Assembly: GCA_963704995.1 (NCBI GenBank)
Contig: CAVPIM010000018.1
Coordinates: 238,484 to 302,483, forward strand
Length of the DNA: 64,000 bases
Direction of reading: 5' to 3'
Source of the DNA: an uncultured Actinomycetes bacterium
GTDB lineage: Bacteria; Actinomycetota; Actinomycetes; Streptosporangiales; Streptosporangiaceae
Shown here: positions 50,160 to 59,438 of the stretch, piece after piece
Numbering within the stretch: the first letter of the stretch is position 1
Layout: each line of letters starts with the position of its first letter
The notes under the pieces: generated by a model
Databases searched by the model: none
What the model was told of the DNA's origin: nothing
Seen by the model: only the letters and a program-made list of their open reading frames with translations
Made by a program: the position numbers and the translations under genes

Positions 50160-51155
50160 TTGATCGCCGCCGTCCCTGTGGAGCTGACCGACGCCGCGCT
50201 GGCCGCGGAGGTCGTTGACGGGCTTGCCCTGGTCGAGAAGCAGCTGGCCGACGCCACCCAGTCCGAGGAGGAACTGCTGGCCGAGGCGTCCACCCACCTG
50301 CTGGAGGCCGGCGGGAAACGGTTCCGGGCCACCCTGGTCCTGCTCGCCTCGCAGTTCGGCAATCCCCGCGATCCGCGCGTGATCTCGGCCGCGACCGCGG
50401 TCGAGCTGACCCATCTGGCCACCCTGTACCACGACGACGTGATGGACGAGGCGGCCATCCGCCGCGGCCACCAGAGCGCCAACTCCCGGTGGACCAACAC
50501 GATCGCGATCCTGACCGGCGACTTCCTGTTCGCCCGGGCCTCGCAGATCCTGGCCTCGCTCGGCCCGGAGGCGGTCGGCATCCAGGCGGACACGTTCACC
50601 CGGCTGGTGAGCGGGCAGATCGCGGAGACCATCGGGCCCCGGCCCGGCCAGGACCCGCTGCAGCACTACCTGCGCGTGGTGAAGGACAAGACCGCGTCGC
50701 TGGTGGCCACGGCCGGCCAGTTCGGGGCCATGTACTCCGATGCCCCGGCCGAGGTGGTGGCCCGGATCCAGCCGGCCTGCGAGGCGATCGGCGTCGCCTG
50801 GCAGCTGTCCGACGACATCCTCGACGTGGCCAGCGAGTCCGAGCAGTCCGGCAAGACACCCGGCACGGACCTGCGGGAAGGCGTGCGCAGCCTGCCCGTG
50901 CTGCACGCGCTGGGCGCCAGCCGCCCGGCCGACGCGCGGCTGCTGGACCTGCTGGCCTCCGCCGACCTGACCGACCCGGGCCTGCACGCGGAAGCGCTGG
51001 GCCTGCTGCGGGCCAACCCGGCGATGGCGCAGGCCCGGGCGGACCTGCGGCACTGGTCGGCTGTGGCCCGTGAGCAGATCGCCGGCCTGCCCGACGTCCC
51101 GGCCCGCGCCGCGTTCGAGGGCCTGTGCGAGTACGTCGTCGAGCGCACCGGTTAG
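50160..51155 (+). CDS. polyprenyl diphosphate synthase (trans-isoprenyl, menaquinone side-chain type)
   Basis: First and second Asp-rich motifs are LYHDDVMDEA and QLSDDILD, plus GGKRFRA. The TTG start at 50160 is tentative. The position downstream of nuoN matches the menaquinone context. Confidence 0.85.
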   Translation: MIAAVPVELTDAALAAEVVDGLALVEKQLADATQSEEELLAEASTHLLEAGGKRFRATLVLLASQFGNPRDPRVISAATAVELTHLATLYHDDVMDEAAIRRGHQSANSRWTNTIAILTGDFLFARASQILASLGPEAVGIQADTFTRLVSGQIAETIGPRPGQDPLQHYLRVVKDKTASLVATAGQFGAMYSDAPAEVVARIQPACEAIGVAWQLSDDILDVASESEQSGKTPGTDLREGVRSLPVLHALGASRPADARLLDLLASADLTDPGLHAEALGLLRANPAMAQARADLRHWSAVAREQIAGLPDVPARAAFEGLCEYVVERTG

Positions 51156-52348
51156 CTGCTAGCGTAGCCCGGGGGGGCGACCCCCGGAACCCCCCGCGAT
51201 CGCTGACTCGGAGGGGACACGGCTTCGCCGCGCCCCGCCTCGCCAGCCAATGCCCGGGGGGCGACCCCCCGGTCCCCCCGCGACGCTGGCTCGCGGGCTC
51301 GGCGAGGACCCGGCTCCGCCGCGCCTCCCCTCGCCGTGCGAAGCCGAAGCCAGTACCCGACGGGGAACAGCCGCACGTTCAGGTGCTCGTCCACCAGCCC
51401 CCACAGCCCGCGGCGGGCGAACAGGGCGATGAGGATCGCGACCAGGCCCAGGATGATCAGGTACCACGCGTTGTACGAGGCCAGCGTCTGCTGCAGCACC
51501 AGGTACACGATGGTGCCGATGATCGGCCCCTCGATCGTGCCCAGCCCGCCGATGATGGTCGCGAACGCCATCTCCGCGGTCCACTGCACGCTGAACACCG
51601 CGCTCGGCTGCACCTGGAGCTGGCTGATCGCCAGCAGCGCGCCCGCGGCGCCGCAGCCGGCCCCCGCCACCACGAACACCAGCAGCCGGGCCAGGCCGAC
51701 CCGCGCGCCGGAGCTGCGCGCGGCCACCTCGTCGTCGCGGATGGCGGTGAGCACCAGGCCGAGCCTGCCGCGCAGCAGCAGGTAGATGGCGGCCAGCGTC
51801 AGCACCGTGACGGCCAGCCCGGCCCAGTAGGTGTAGGCGGTGAGCAGCGTCGGGCTGAACCCGCCCAGGCCGGGCAGCGGCATGCCGGTCCCGCCGCCGA
51901 TCGAGGAGAACTTCTCGATGATGAGCATGATGGTCGCGGCGAGCACCCAGGTGGCGATCGCGAAGTACCCGCTGCGCAGCCGGGAGACCAGCCACCACAG
52001 CGGCAGCGCCGCCACGCCGCAGCCGATCGCGGCGACCGGCAGCGCGGCGAACGGCGAGGTGCCGTGGATGGCGAGGATCAGCACGAAGTAGGCGCCGAGC
52101 CCCACGAACGCCTGCTGCCCCACCGACACCAGGCCGGCGTAGCCCGCCAGCAGGTTCCACATGCTCGCCATCGTGAGCACGATGAACCCCTGCACCAGGA
52201 TGGCGGTGGTGCCCGAGTACACGATGTAGGGGAGCATCGCGAGCACCACGACGACGATCAGCGCGCCCGCCGCGGTCCAGGCCACGTTCCTGCGCGACCG
52301 GGTGACCCGGAATCCTTCGGCCGGGCGGGCGGTGGTTTCCGTGACCAT
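51152..52348 (-). CDS. HAAT-family ABC transporter permease (LivM-like); 3' end doubtful
   Basis: It starts at ATG 52348, 3 nt after the LivH-like stop. The sequence reads ..NLLAGYAGLVSVGQQAFVGLGAY...LVLTAIRDDEVAARSSG...FARRGLWGLVDEHLNVRLFPVGYWL. The last about 64 codons read through the GC-rich repeat 51167-51335 with Arg/Gly/Pro-rich composition and are probably not genuine. Confidence 0.75.
   Translation of the reverse strand: MVTETTARPAEGFRVTRSRRNVAWTAAGALIVVVVLAMLPYIVYSGTTAILVQGFIVLTMASMWNLLAGYAGLVSVGQQAFVGLGAYFVLILAIHGTSPFAALPVAAIGCGVAALPLWWLVSRLRSGYFAIATWVLAATIMLIIEKFSSIGGGTGMPLPGLGGFSPTLLTAYTYWAGLAVTVLTLAAIYLLLRGRLGLVLTAIRDDEVAARSSGARVGLARLLVFVVAGAGCGAAGALLAISQLQVQPSAVFSVQWTAEMAFATIIGGLGTIEGPIIGTIVYLVLQQTLASYNAWYLIILGLVAILIALFARRGLWGLVDEHLNVRLFPVGYWLRLRTARGGAAEPGPRRAREPASRGDRGVAPRALAGEAGRGEAVSPPSQRSRGVPGVAPPGYASS
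51167..51335. repeat. two tandem copies of a roughly 80-nt GC-rich element, each with a G-run/C-run hairpin
   Basis: Copy 1 is 51167-51245 (gcccgggggggcgacccccggaaccccccgcgatcgctg...ccgcgccccgcctcgcc). Copy 2 is 51252-51335 (gcccggggggcgaccccccggtccccccgcgacgctgg...ccgcgcctcccctcgcc). They lie between the convergent 3' ends of the polyprenyl synthase and the LivM-like gene. Confidence 0.55.
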
Positions 52349-52350
52349 GC

Positions 52351-53227
52351 TCACGACTGTGCCCTCCGGGTGATCAGGCCCTGCGGGCGCAGCACGAGCA
52401 CGGCGAGGAAGACGATGAACCCGGCGAGGAGCTCGTCGGAGATGTTGATCTGGGCGCCGATCTGCTGGGCCACGCCCAGCACCACGCCGCCGAGCAGGGT
52501 GCCCCACAGGGAGCCGAGCCCGCCGATCACCACCGCCGCGAACGCGAACAGCAGGATCGTGTCGGTGCCCGTGGTCGGCGAGAGCTGGGAGTACATGCCG
52601 TAGGCGATGCCGCCCAGGGCCACGGTGCCGAAGGCCAGCGCCGCCGCGATGCCGAACACGTGCCGGTAGTCCGCCCCGGCCAGCTGCGCCGCCTCCCGGT
52701 CGTCGGCGACCGCGCGGATCAGGCGGCCGTACCTGGACGCGGACAGGAAGTACTGCAGCCCGAGCAGCACGACCACGGCGACCGCGAAGACGACCACGAG
52801 CAGGTAGCCGATCTGGATCTGCGAGCCGATCGTGAAGGAGCCGCTCACCAGGGGCAGCCCGGTGCCGATCGCGCGGCTGTTGGCGCGTGAAGAACTGGAG
52901 CAGGCCGTTCTCGATCACCACCGACAGGCCGAAGGTGACCATCAGCGTGGTGAGCACGCTGCGGTCGAGCGCGCCCTGGATGACCGTGCGCTGCAGCACG
53001 TAGCCGAGCAGCGCCATCACCGGGACCACGATGAGGAAGGACCAGAGCACCGGGATGTGGGTGACGGTGATGACGCCGATCGCGATGTAGCCCGCGACCA
53101 CCGCGAGGTCGCCGTGCGCGAGGTTCACGACCTTCATCACCCCGAACATCAGCGACAGCCCGCAGGCGAACAGCGCATACAGCCCGCCGGTCAGCACCCC
53201 TTGGATGATGGCGTTGACCCAGGCCAT
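52351..53227 (-). pseudogene. HAAT-family ABC transporter permease (LivH-like), frameshifted near 52880
   Basis: The N-part, MAWVNAIIQGVLTGGLYALFACGLSLMFGVMKVVNLAHGD...VIENGLLQFF, is the first 115 aa of track ORF 51152-53227. The C-part, ANSRAIGTGLPLVSGSFTIG...LRPQGLITRRAQS, is track ORF 52351-52848. Length is 877, which is 1 mod 3. Confidence 0.8.
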
Positions 53228-54019
53228 TACGGCTCGCTCCCTTCGCCGGGCTGGCTGGCGGGACGAGGCGGCGGGCGGCCAGGCCGAAGTAGGCCGCCTC
53301 GACCTGGTCCGCGGTGACGTCGGCGGGCCTGCCTTCCAGGGTGGTCCGGCCCTCCAGCAGGCACTGGATGTGCGAGGCCACCCGCAGGGCCTGGCTCACG
53401 TCCTGCTCGACGAGCAGCACGGTGAGGCCGGTGGCCAGGATCTGCGGCAGCATGCCGTAGATGCGCTGGACGACCACGGGGGCCAGGCCGAGCGACAGCT
53501 CGTCGAGCAGCAGCACGCGGGGGTTGGCGACCAGGGCCCGGCCGATGGCGACCGTCTGCTGCTCACCGCCGGACAGCTGGGCGGTGAGCTGGTTGCGGCG
53601 CTCCCGCATCCAGCCGAACATCTGGTACACCCGCTCGATGGTCCACGGGCCCGGCCGCGCGTAGCGGCGCCGACCTGCAGATTCTCCTCGACGGACAGCG
53701 ACCCGAACAGCCGCCTGCCCTCCGGCACCATGACGATCCCCTGCCTGGCCCGGCGCTCGGGCCGCAGCCCGGTCACGTCCTTGCCGTCGAACCGGATCGA
53801 GCCCGTCGTCGGGTGGTGCAGGCCGGCGATCGTGCGCAGCAGCGTCGACTTGCCCGCGCCGTTCGCGCCGATGATCGCGTAGACCTCGCCGGGGAACACC
53901 CGCAGCGAGATCGCGTCCAGGGCCCGGAGCTGCCCGTGGTGCACGACCAGGTCGCTGACCTCCAGCAGCGGAGTGCCGGTTTCCGCTCGTTCCCCGGCCA
54001 CCTCCCCGTCCCCCTTCAC
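53227..54019 (-). pseudogene. HAAT-family ABC transporter ATPase (LivF-like), frameshifted near 53650 and probably in the tail
   Basis: Sequence LLEVSDLVVHHGQLRALDAISLRVFPGEVYAIIGANGAGKSTLLRTIAGL..., then a frame change, then ..ERVYQMFGWMRERRNQLTAQLSGGEQQTVAIGRAL...LLLDELSLGLAP. The GTG at 54019 overlaps a TGA (GTGA). A TAA overlapping the LivH-like ATG (TAATG at 53225-53229) is reachable only after one more shift. Confidence 0.7.
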
Positions 54020-54845
54020 TCCGGTCCGGTCACGGCTCGCCTCCGTTCCCGGCCCGCCGTCCCGTCCCCCTCGGCGCGTCGGGGGTGCCTCCAGGGACCC
54101 GCCGGCCAGCGCCGCGGTGACCTCGGTGCCGAGGAAGACCTCGCGGACCGCGGGGTCGGCCAGCACCGTGGCCGGCGTCGCCGTCGCCGACGAACTTGCC
54201 GCCGGTCAGGCAGATCAGCCGGCTCACCACGGGGGTGAGCGCGCGCACCACGTGCTCGATCCAGATCACCGCGGTGCCCTCGGCGTTGACCTCGCGGACG
54301 ATCTCGACCAGCTGGGCGACCTCGGGGTCGGTGAGGCCGCCGGCCACCTCGTCGAGCAGCAGCAGCGTGGGCTGCGTGGCCAGGGCGCGGGCCAGTTCCA
54401 GCCGCTTGCGCTGCAGCAGGCCGAGCCGCTCGGCGGGCACGTTCGCCTGGCCGGACATGCCGGTCCGCTCCAGCGCCGCGACCGCGGCCGCGTAGCTGGC
54501 CCGCCGCCGCAGCCCGCCGCCCTGCTGGGCGGCGACGAGCAGGTTCTCGAACACGGTCATGTCCCCGAACGGCCGCGGCACCTGGTAGGTGCGGCCGACG
54601 CCCAGCCTGCACCGCGCGGCCGCGTCCAGCCTGGTGACCGTGCGCCCGGCGAAGCGGATCTCGCCCCCGCCGGGGGCGAGATCCCCGGAGATGAGGCCGA
54701 ACAGGCTGGTCTTGCCAGCGCCGTTCGGCCCCACGATCCCGCCACCGTGTCGCCGGGCCCGACGGCCAGCGACAGGTCCTCCGCGATGACGACCCGGCCG
54801 AACCGTTTCGTCACGTGGTCGAGCTCAAGCAGCGGGCTCGGTCAT
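54016..54845 (-). pseudogene. HAAT-family ABC transporter ATPase (LivG-like), multiple frameshifts
   Basis: ATG 54845 gives MTEP, then a shift near 54830 to LLELDHVTKRFGRVVIAEDLSLAVGPGDTVAG. A lost G near 54743 leads to IVGPNGAGKTSLFGLISG...LLLDEVAGGL...VIWIEHVV. A shift near 54170 leads to LADPAVREVFLG. The stop at 54016-54018 is in yet another frame. Confidence 0.7.
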
Positions 54846-54849
54846 CCGG

Positions 54850-56208
54850 TCACTGGTTAGTCGGCTTCAGGTCGGCGGTGATCTTCGCGTCCGGCTGCAG
54901 CGTGTTGTCCACGACCTGCATCTCCAGCGGGTACTTGGTGCCCTTCTGCCACTGCACGCCGACCGGCGGGGTGATCGCCACGCCCGGCGCGGGGCCGCCC
55001 GAGGCGAAGTTCAGCGGCCCGGCCAGCGCCTGGATGTTCACCTTGTGGATGGCGTCGGCGACCTCGGTCTTGTCGTGCGGGTCGCTCACCAGGTGAGGGC
55101 CGCGTGGGCGGCCTCGAAGAGGCTGTAGTTGCTGATGTTGGAGTTCCACTGCCCGCCCGTGGCTGGCCTCGAACTCGTTGGCCATCTGCTGGCAGGTCTC
55201 CCCGGTGAACGAGGACTTCCACGGCAGCGACGGCGCCCACCAGGCGTCGGTGGCCACGTTGTACGCCAGGGGGCCGAGCGCGTAGGCGTCGGGCGGGAAC
55301 AGCAGCACCTTGGCCACGGTGGCCAGCTTCGGCTTGAAGCCCTGCTGCACCGACTGCTTCCACATGGTGGCGAAGTCGGGCGGCAGCGGCACGTTGGTGA
55401 AGAAGTCGGCGCCGGCCGACTTGAACTGGGAGATCATCGAGGAGTAGTTCGTGGTCCCGTCGGGGTAGGGCGAGGACATGACGAACTTGTAGCCCGCGGC
55501 CTCGGCGATCGGCGGGAACACCGCGCGGAACGCGTTGCCGTCCGAGTCGTTGGGGAACGCGGCGGCGACCACCTTGTTGGTGTGCAGCTGGGCGTGGATC
55601 CGGTCCCACATCGGGATGAAGGCCTTGACCAGGTGCTCGGCGCCGAGGAAGTACATCACCACGTACTTGGGCTTGAGCGTCGGCTTCTGCGGGTTGCCCC
55701 CGAGGTTGACGTACCAGGACTCCCACGGGATGTTCGCGCAGATCAGCGGCGTGTGCAGCGATTCGGCCTGGCTGGCTACCGCGTTGACGGTCTCCGGCGT
55801 GGACGACGCCAGCAGCAGGTCCACGCCGTCGTTCAGGATGGCCGTCTTGGCCAGGTCCCCGGCCCGGGTGGGGCTGGACTGGGTGTCGTAGGACTTGATC
55901 GTGACCGGGTAGGTCTTGCCGCCGATCTTGAACCCGCTCTTGTACGGGGTGGTCTGCTTGATCTTGGAGATCACCCAGTTGTCCGGCGCGCCGAACCCGG
56001 CCAGGGAGCCGGTCAGCGGGTGGATCCAGCCGATGGTGATGCCCTTGGTGCCGCCCGAGCTGGCACCCTTGATGCCGGAGCTGCACGCCTCCAGCAGCCC
56101 GCCGCCCCCCACGACCACCGCGCCCGTGCCTGCCGCGCGCAGCAGGCCGCGCCGGCTGATGCCGCCGGCCTGGCTGGTTCTACCGGATTGCCCAGTCTGG
56201 TCACTCAT
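54850..56208 (-). CDS. HAAT-family ABC transporter substrate-binding lipoprotein (Tat signal); ORF intact but with an internal out-of-frame segment
   Basis: Twin-arginine signal plus lipobox (ISRRGLLRAAG...LLEAC-SS), type-I periplasmic binding fold. Residues HGRAVELQHQQLQPLRGRPRGPH (nt 55092-55161) are out of frame. The alternative frame reads TGGQWNSNISNYSLFEAAHAALT, flanked by a +1 and a -1 lesion. Confidence 0.8.
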   Translation of the reverse strand: MSDQTGQSGRTSQAGGISRRGLLRAAGTGAVVVGGGGLLEACSSGIKGASSGGTKGITIGWIHPLTGSLAGFGAPDNWVISKIKQTTPYKSGFKIGGKTYPVTIKSYDTQSSPTRAGDLAKTAILNDGVDLLLASSTPETVNAVASQAESLHTPLICANIPWESWYVNLGGNPQKPTLKPKYVVMYFLGAEHLVKAFIPMWDRIHAQLHTNKVVAAAFPNDSDGNAFRAVFPPIAEAAGYKFVMSSPYPDGTTNYSSMISQFKSAGADFFTNVPLPPDFATMWKQSVQQGFKPKLATVAKVLLFPPDAYALGPLAYNVATDAWWAPSLPWKSSFTGETCQQMANEFEASHGRAVELQHQQLQPLRGRPRGPHLVSDPHDKTEVADAIHKVNIQALAGPLNFASGGPAPGVAITPPVGVQWQKGTKYPLEMQVVDNTLQPDAKITADLKPTNQ

Positions 56209-56476
56209 CTGTCATCGATCTCCTTGTGAGGTCGTATCGCAGAGGCGGGACCGTGCGGCGGCGGGGACCGTGCCGCAGCCGGTCCCCTTCAGGAAGGGGC
56301 GTCTGGTGATCTGCAGATGCTCAGGGCCACGCCGCTCGTTTCCTGACGCGCCATTCCGTCTCCTCGACGTCAGCGCCCGTCGCACACGGCGTCCGAGACA
56401 CCGGCGTCCGAGGCCCACCTTCAAACCACGCCCAGCCCAGGGAAGGGCATTGCGGGATCCTAGTGTGCGCTTGGCG

Positions 56477-56506
56477 TACGGCTATGCGCAATACGGATAT
56501 ACGCAA
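56477..56506. promoter_or_regulatory. directly adjacent 15-nt tandem repeat in an AT-rich patch (candidate regulator binding site)
   Basis: tacggctatgcgcaa / tacggatatacgcaa (13 of 15 identical). It lies about 270 nt upstream of the SBP gene start, in the 690-nt intergenic region. Confidence 0.3.
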
Positions 56507-56897
56507 TGGAGAAATTTCCTCTTCCTCGACCACCGCGTCCGCAGTGAGTCCCGGCGCGGTGAACGCTAGCATCTGCCCGGTGCGGCTGGCCAAGGTCTGT
56601 AACAAGGTCATTACAGATGCTTTGCGGCCCCGGGCGGGGCGCCGCGGACGGCGTGAACCGGCGCCGGCGCCTGCGCCGCCGCGGCAGCCGGCCCGCAGGC
56701 CACAGCACTCATGGGTCCAGGTCAGGACCTATGTCCCTGGCGGGGACCGTCCGGGCGCGGGTTTCATGGCCGGAAAGAGGCCTCGGGCGGGGCGGGCACG
56801 GCGGGACGGCGGCATGGCGGCACGGAAAGCCTGCGCCGCACCACACCGCGCCGCGCCGCGCCGGGGCGTAATCACGAGATCTGGGGGGACCGGCGAC

Positions 56898-57173
56898 ATG
56901 GCACTTGGTTTCTACTTCGCACCTAGCTCGTTCACGCCGTCACGGTATGACGAGACGATCAAGCGACTCGAAGAGGCTGGTGCCGGGGCACCTCGCGGCC
57001 GGCTCTACCACGTGGCTCTCGAATCGGACGGCCTGATCCAGGTGTTCGACGTCTGGGAGTCTGAGGAGTCATTCCAGGCCTTCGGGGCGACGCTGCTGCC
57101 GATCATGGCCGAGCTGGGCGCCGATCCTGGCCAGCCGCAGGTCTCGCCCGTCCGCAACATCATCAAGGGCTGA
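56898..57173 (+). CDS. small conserved hypothetical protein (91 aa)
   Basis: ATG 56898 (MALGFYFAPSSFTPSRYDETIKRLEEAG...VFDVWESEESFQAFG...) has coding-like composition. The upstream 145 codons of track ORF 56463-57173 are Arg/Pro/Gly-rich and are probably non-coding. Confidence 0.45.
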   Translation: MALGFYFAPSSFTPSRYDETIKRLEEAGAGAPRGRLYHVALESDGLIQVFDVWESEESFQAFGATLLPIMAELGADPGQPQVSPVRNIIKG

Positions 57174-57278
57174 GGCCCGCAGGCCCGGCCGGCGCTGCGG
57201 GGGGCGCGCCGGCCGCGCCGGCGCCGGGCAGGCCCGCTCGGTCCCGGGGACGTTACCCCGATAGCGGATCATGGTGAG

Positions 57279-58154
57279 ATGAGCTTCCCCGCCAGCAACT
57301 CGCCCAGCACGTGGTTCGTCACGGGAGCTTCCCGCGGGTTCGGCCGGGAGCTGGCCGAGCAGCTGCTCGCCCGGGGCGACCGGGTAGCCGCCACGCTGCG
57401 CCAGGCCAGCCAGCTGGACGACCTGGCCGCCCAGTACGGGGACCGGCTGTGGGTGCGCGCCCTCGATGTCACCGACACCGGGCAGATGCGGCGCGTCGTC
57501 CGGCAGGCGTTCGCCGACCTTGGGCGGGTCGACGTGGTGGTCTCCAACGCGGGCTACGGCGTGTTCGGCGCCGCCGAGGACCTCACCGACGCCCAGGTGG
57601 AGGCGGTGATCTCCACCAACCTGACCGCCTCGATCCAGCTCGCCCGGGCGGTCCTGCCCTACCTGCGGTCCCAGGGCGGCGGCCTGCTGATGCAGATGTC
57701 GAGCATGGGCGGCCACATCGCGTTCCCCGCGTTCTCGATGTACCACGCGACCAAATGGGGCATCGAGGGGTTCTACGAGGCGCTGGCCGCGGAGGTCGAG
57801 CCATTCGGGATCCGCACCATGCTGGTCGAGCCCGGGATGATCCGCACCAGCTTCTACCAGGCGGCCACCCGGGTCCCGGCCAGCCCGGCGTACCAGGGCA
57901 CGCCGGTCGACCGGGATGCGCTTCCGGTCGAGGAGATGCCCGGTGACCAGGCCAAGGTGGTCGCGGTCATGATCGATGCCGCCCTGTCGCCGGATCCGCC
58001 CCGCCGGCTACTGCTCGGGTCGGACGCGTACCGCCTGGTCCATGAGGCGCTCGCCGCCCGGCTGGCCGACGTCGAGGCCCAGCGGGATCTGGCGCCCTCC
58101 ACGGACGTGGACGGCTGGCTGCCCGCCCCCCCTGACCTCGGGCCGCGCCGCTAG
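57279..58154 (+). CDS. short-chain dehydrogenase/reductase (classical SDR)
   Basis: Motifs TGASRGFG (TGxxxGxG), NAGYG and the catalytic SSMGG...YHATK (S...YxxxK). Confidence 0.85.
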   Translation: MSFPASNSPSTWFVTGASRGFGRELAEQLLARGDRVAATLRQASQLDDLAAQYGDRLWVRALDVTDTGQMRRVVRQAFADLGRVDVVVSNAGYGVFGAAEDLTDAQVEAVISTNLTASIQLARAVLPYLRSQGGGLLMQMSSMGGHIAFPAFSMYHATKWGIEGFYEALAAEVEPFGIRTMLVEPGMIRTSFYQAATRVPASPAYQGTPVDRDALPVEEMPGDQAKVVAVMIDAALSPDPPRRLLLGSDAYRLVHEALAARLADVEAQRDLAPSTDVDGWLPAPPDLGPRR

Positions 58155-58377
58155 CCGCGACGGCGGCCGAACACGAAGTAGGCCAGCGGCGCGAGCCCGG
58201 CCGAGTTCACGATCGTCACCGCCGGGATCCACATCCATTTCGAGCCCGGATCTCGCTGGCCGGGCGGCGCTTGATATCCACGAGGGCGGCGGCCTTGAGG
58301 CTGGTTTCCACGGCCGCCCCGACGATGATCAGCCGCCGGGTGCCCGGGCTGAGCTCGCTCCACTTTTTTCCGGCCAC
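58151..58377 (-). pseudogene. PLDc_N-type small membrane protein, frameshifted (one G lost near 58247)
   Basis: ..KKWSELSPGTRRLIIVGAAVETSLKAAALVDIKRRPASEIRG|SKWMWIPAVTIVNSAGLAPLAYFVFGRRRG is obtained by joining track ORFs 58216-58467 and 58151-58612. The pattern matches small proteins of the PLD-nuclease-N-terminal-domain family. The GTG 58377 start is tentative. Confidence 0.6.
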
Positions 58378-58476
58378 GACACCCTCGCTTCCCTGGCACC
58401 GACCTGCCGGGCTGACCCAGGCGGGCTGCCCCGTGCTGGGTGACCGCTGCTGGGATGAACTGTACATCGGGGCGGG

Positions 58477-58770
58477 CTACTGCTCCCGGTCGCGGCGGAG
58501 CCGCTCCAGCACCCCGTCTGGGCTCTCCGTGGTGACCCGGATCATGGCGCGGACCGCGTCCGCCAGCGCGATGCGGGGGACATCCAGCTCGATCGCGGCC
58601 GAGTGCGCCCACAAGGTGAGCTCCCGGTAGAGCTCCGGGCTCAGGTCGAGCGTGATCCGGACGGGCTTCGACCGGATCGCCGTCTTGCCGGCCGGGGCGG
58701 CCCCGGGTTCCGTGCGCCTGGTGGCGGCGGCCGCCATCTGCGCTTTGCGTCGCTCCCGCTCCGTTGTCAT
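58477..58770 (-). CDS. putative ribbon-helix-helix DNA-binding protein, translationally coupled to the ParA-like gene
   Basis: ATG 58770 overlaps the ParA-like TGA (ATGA). A basic disordered N-terminus is followed by KPVRITLDLSPELYRELTLWA, a beta-strand-plus-helix pattern typical of RHH/ParG-like proteins. Confidence 0.5.
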   Translation of the reverse strand: MTTERERRKAQMAAAATRRTEPGAAPAGKTAIRSKPVRITLDLSPELYRELTLWAHSAAIELDVPRIALADAVRAMIRVTTESPDGVLERLRRDREQ

Positions 58771-59438
58771 GACTGCACCTTCCCGAGGGGGACGCAACGC
58801 TCGATGAGGTCGTGGGCCACGCCGCGCCACACGTCGCGGCCTAGCTCGGGAATCGGGACGCCAAAACTCTGGGCGTAGACCTCACGCCGCGGCACCGCCG
58901 TCCGCAGCACGTCATAGCCCAGGCTCTCCAGCACCTCCCGGGCGCTGGTGGTGGAGTGCGCCCGGGTGATGCAGCGGTTCAGCAGCACGGCGGCCCGCGC
59001 GGGCCGCTCGCGGAACGCCTCGACCTCGGTGATCTCCTCCCGCACCGGCGTGGTGCGGTTGATCTCGATCGGGCTCGGTGCGCAGGGGATGAGGATCTCG
59101 TCGACGTACCGCATGGCCGACCGGGCAATGCCCGCGTGGTCTTCCAGCTGCGGGGCGTCGATGATCACCACGTCGTCGGGGTGCGCGATCTCGGCGACCC
59201 GCTGGTGCAGGCTGCGGGACGGCAGGGCCACCATCCGGAACGGGAAGGCCATCCGCGGCGGCAGCCCCGGGTCCATGGCGGCGAGGTCGGACCACTCCAG
59301 GGCGCTGCCCGACGGGTCCGCGTCCACGAGCAGGACGGTCCTCCCCGCCTGGGCGAAAATGTGTGCCAGCCAGACCGCCGAGGTGGTCTTGCCCGTGCCC
59401 GGCTTGAGGTTGAGCAGGGCGACACTGAGAGCCGGCAT
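58767..59438 (-). CDS. ParA/Soj-family (deviant Walker A) ATPase
   Basis: Motifs LLNLKPGTGKTTSA (deviant Walker A, KGG -> KPG), LLVDADPSGS and VIIDAPQ. 223 aa. Confidence 0.8.
   Translation of the reverse strand: MPALSVALLNLKPGTGKTTSAVWLAHIFAQAGRTVLLVDADPSGSALEWSDLAAMDPGLPPRMAFPFRMVALPSRSLHQRVAEIAHPDDVVIIDAPQLEDHAGIARSAMRYVDEILIPCAPSPIEINRTTPVREEITEVEAFRERPARAAVLLNRCITRAHSTTSAREVLESLGYDVLRTAVPRREVYAQSFGVPIPELGRDVWRGVAHDLIERCVPLGKVQS

Noticed and set aside
51152-53227. 691-aa minus-strand ORF as a fused double permease
   Set aside because: It is a composite: LivH-like residues 1-115, then about 170 Arg-rich out-of-frame residues covering the true LivH C-part (ORF 52351-52848), then the LivM-like gene starting at its own ATG 52348.
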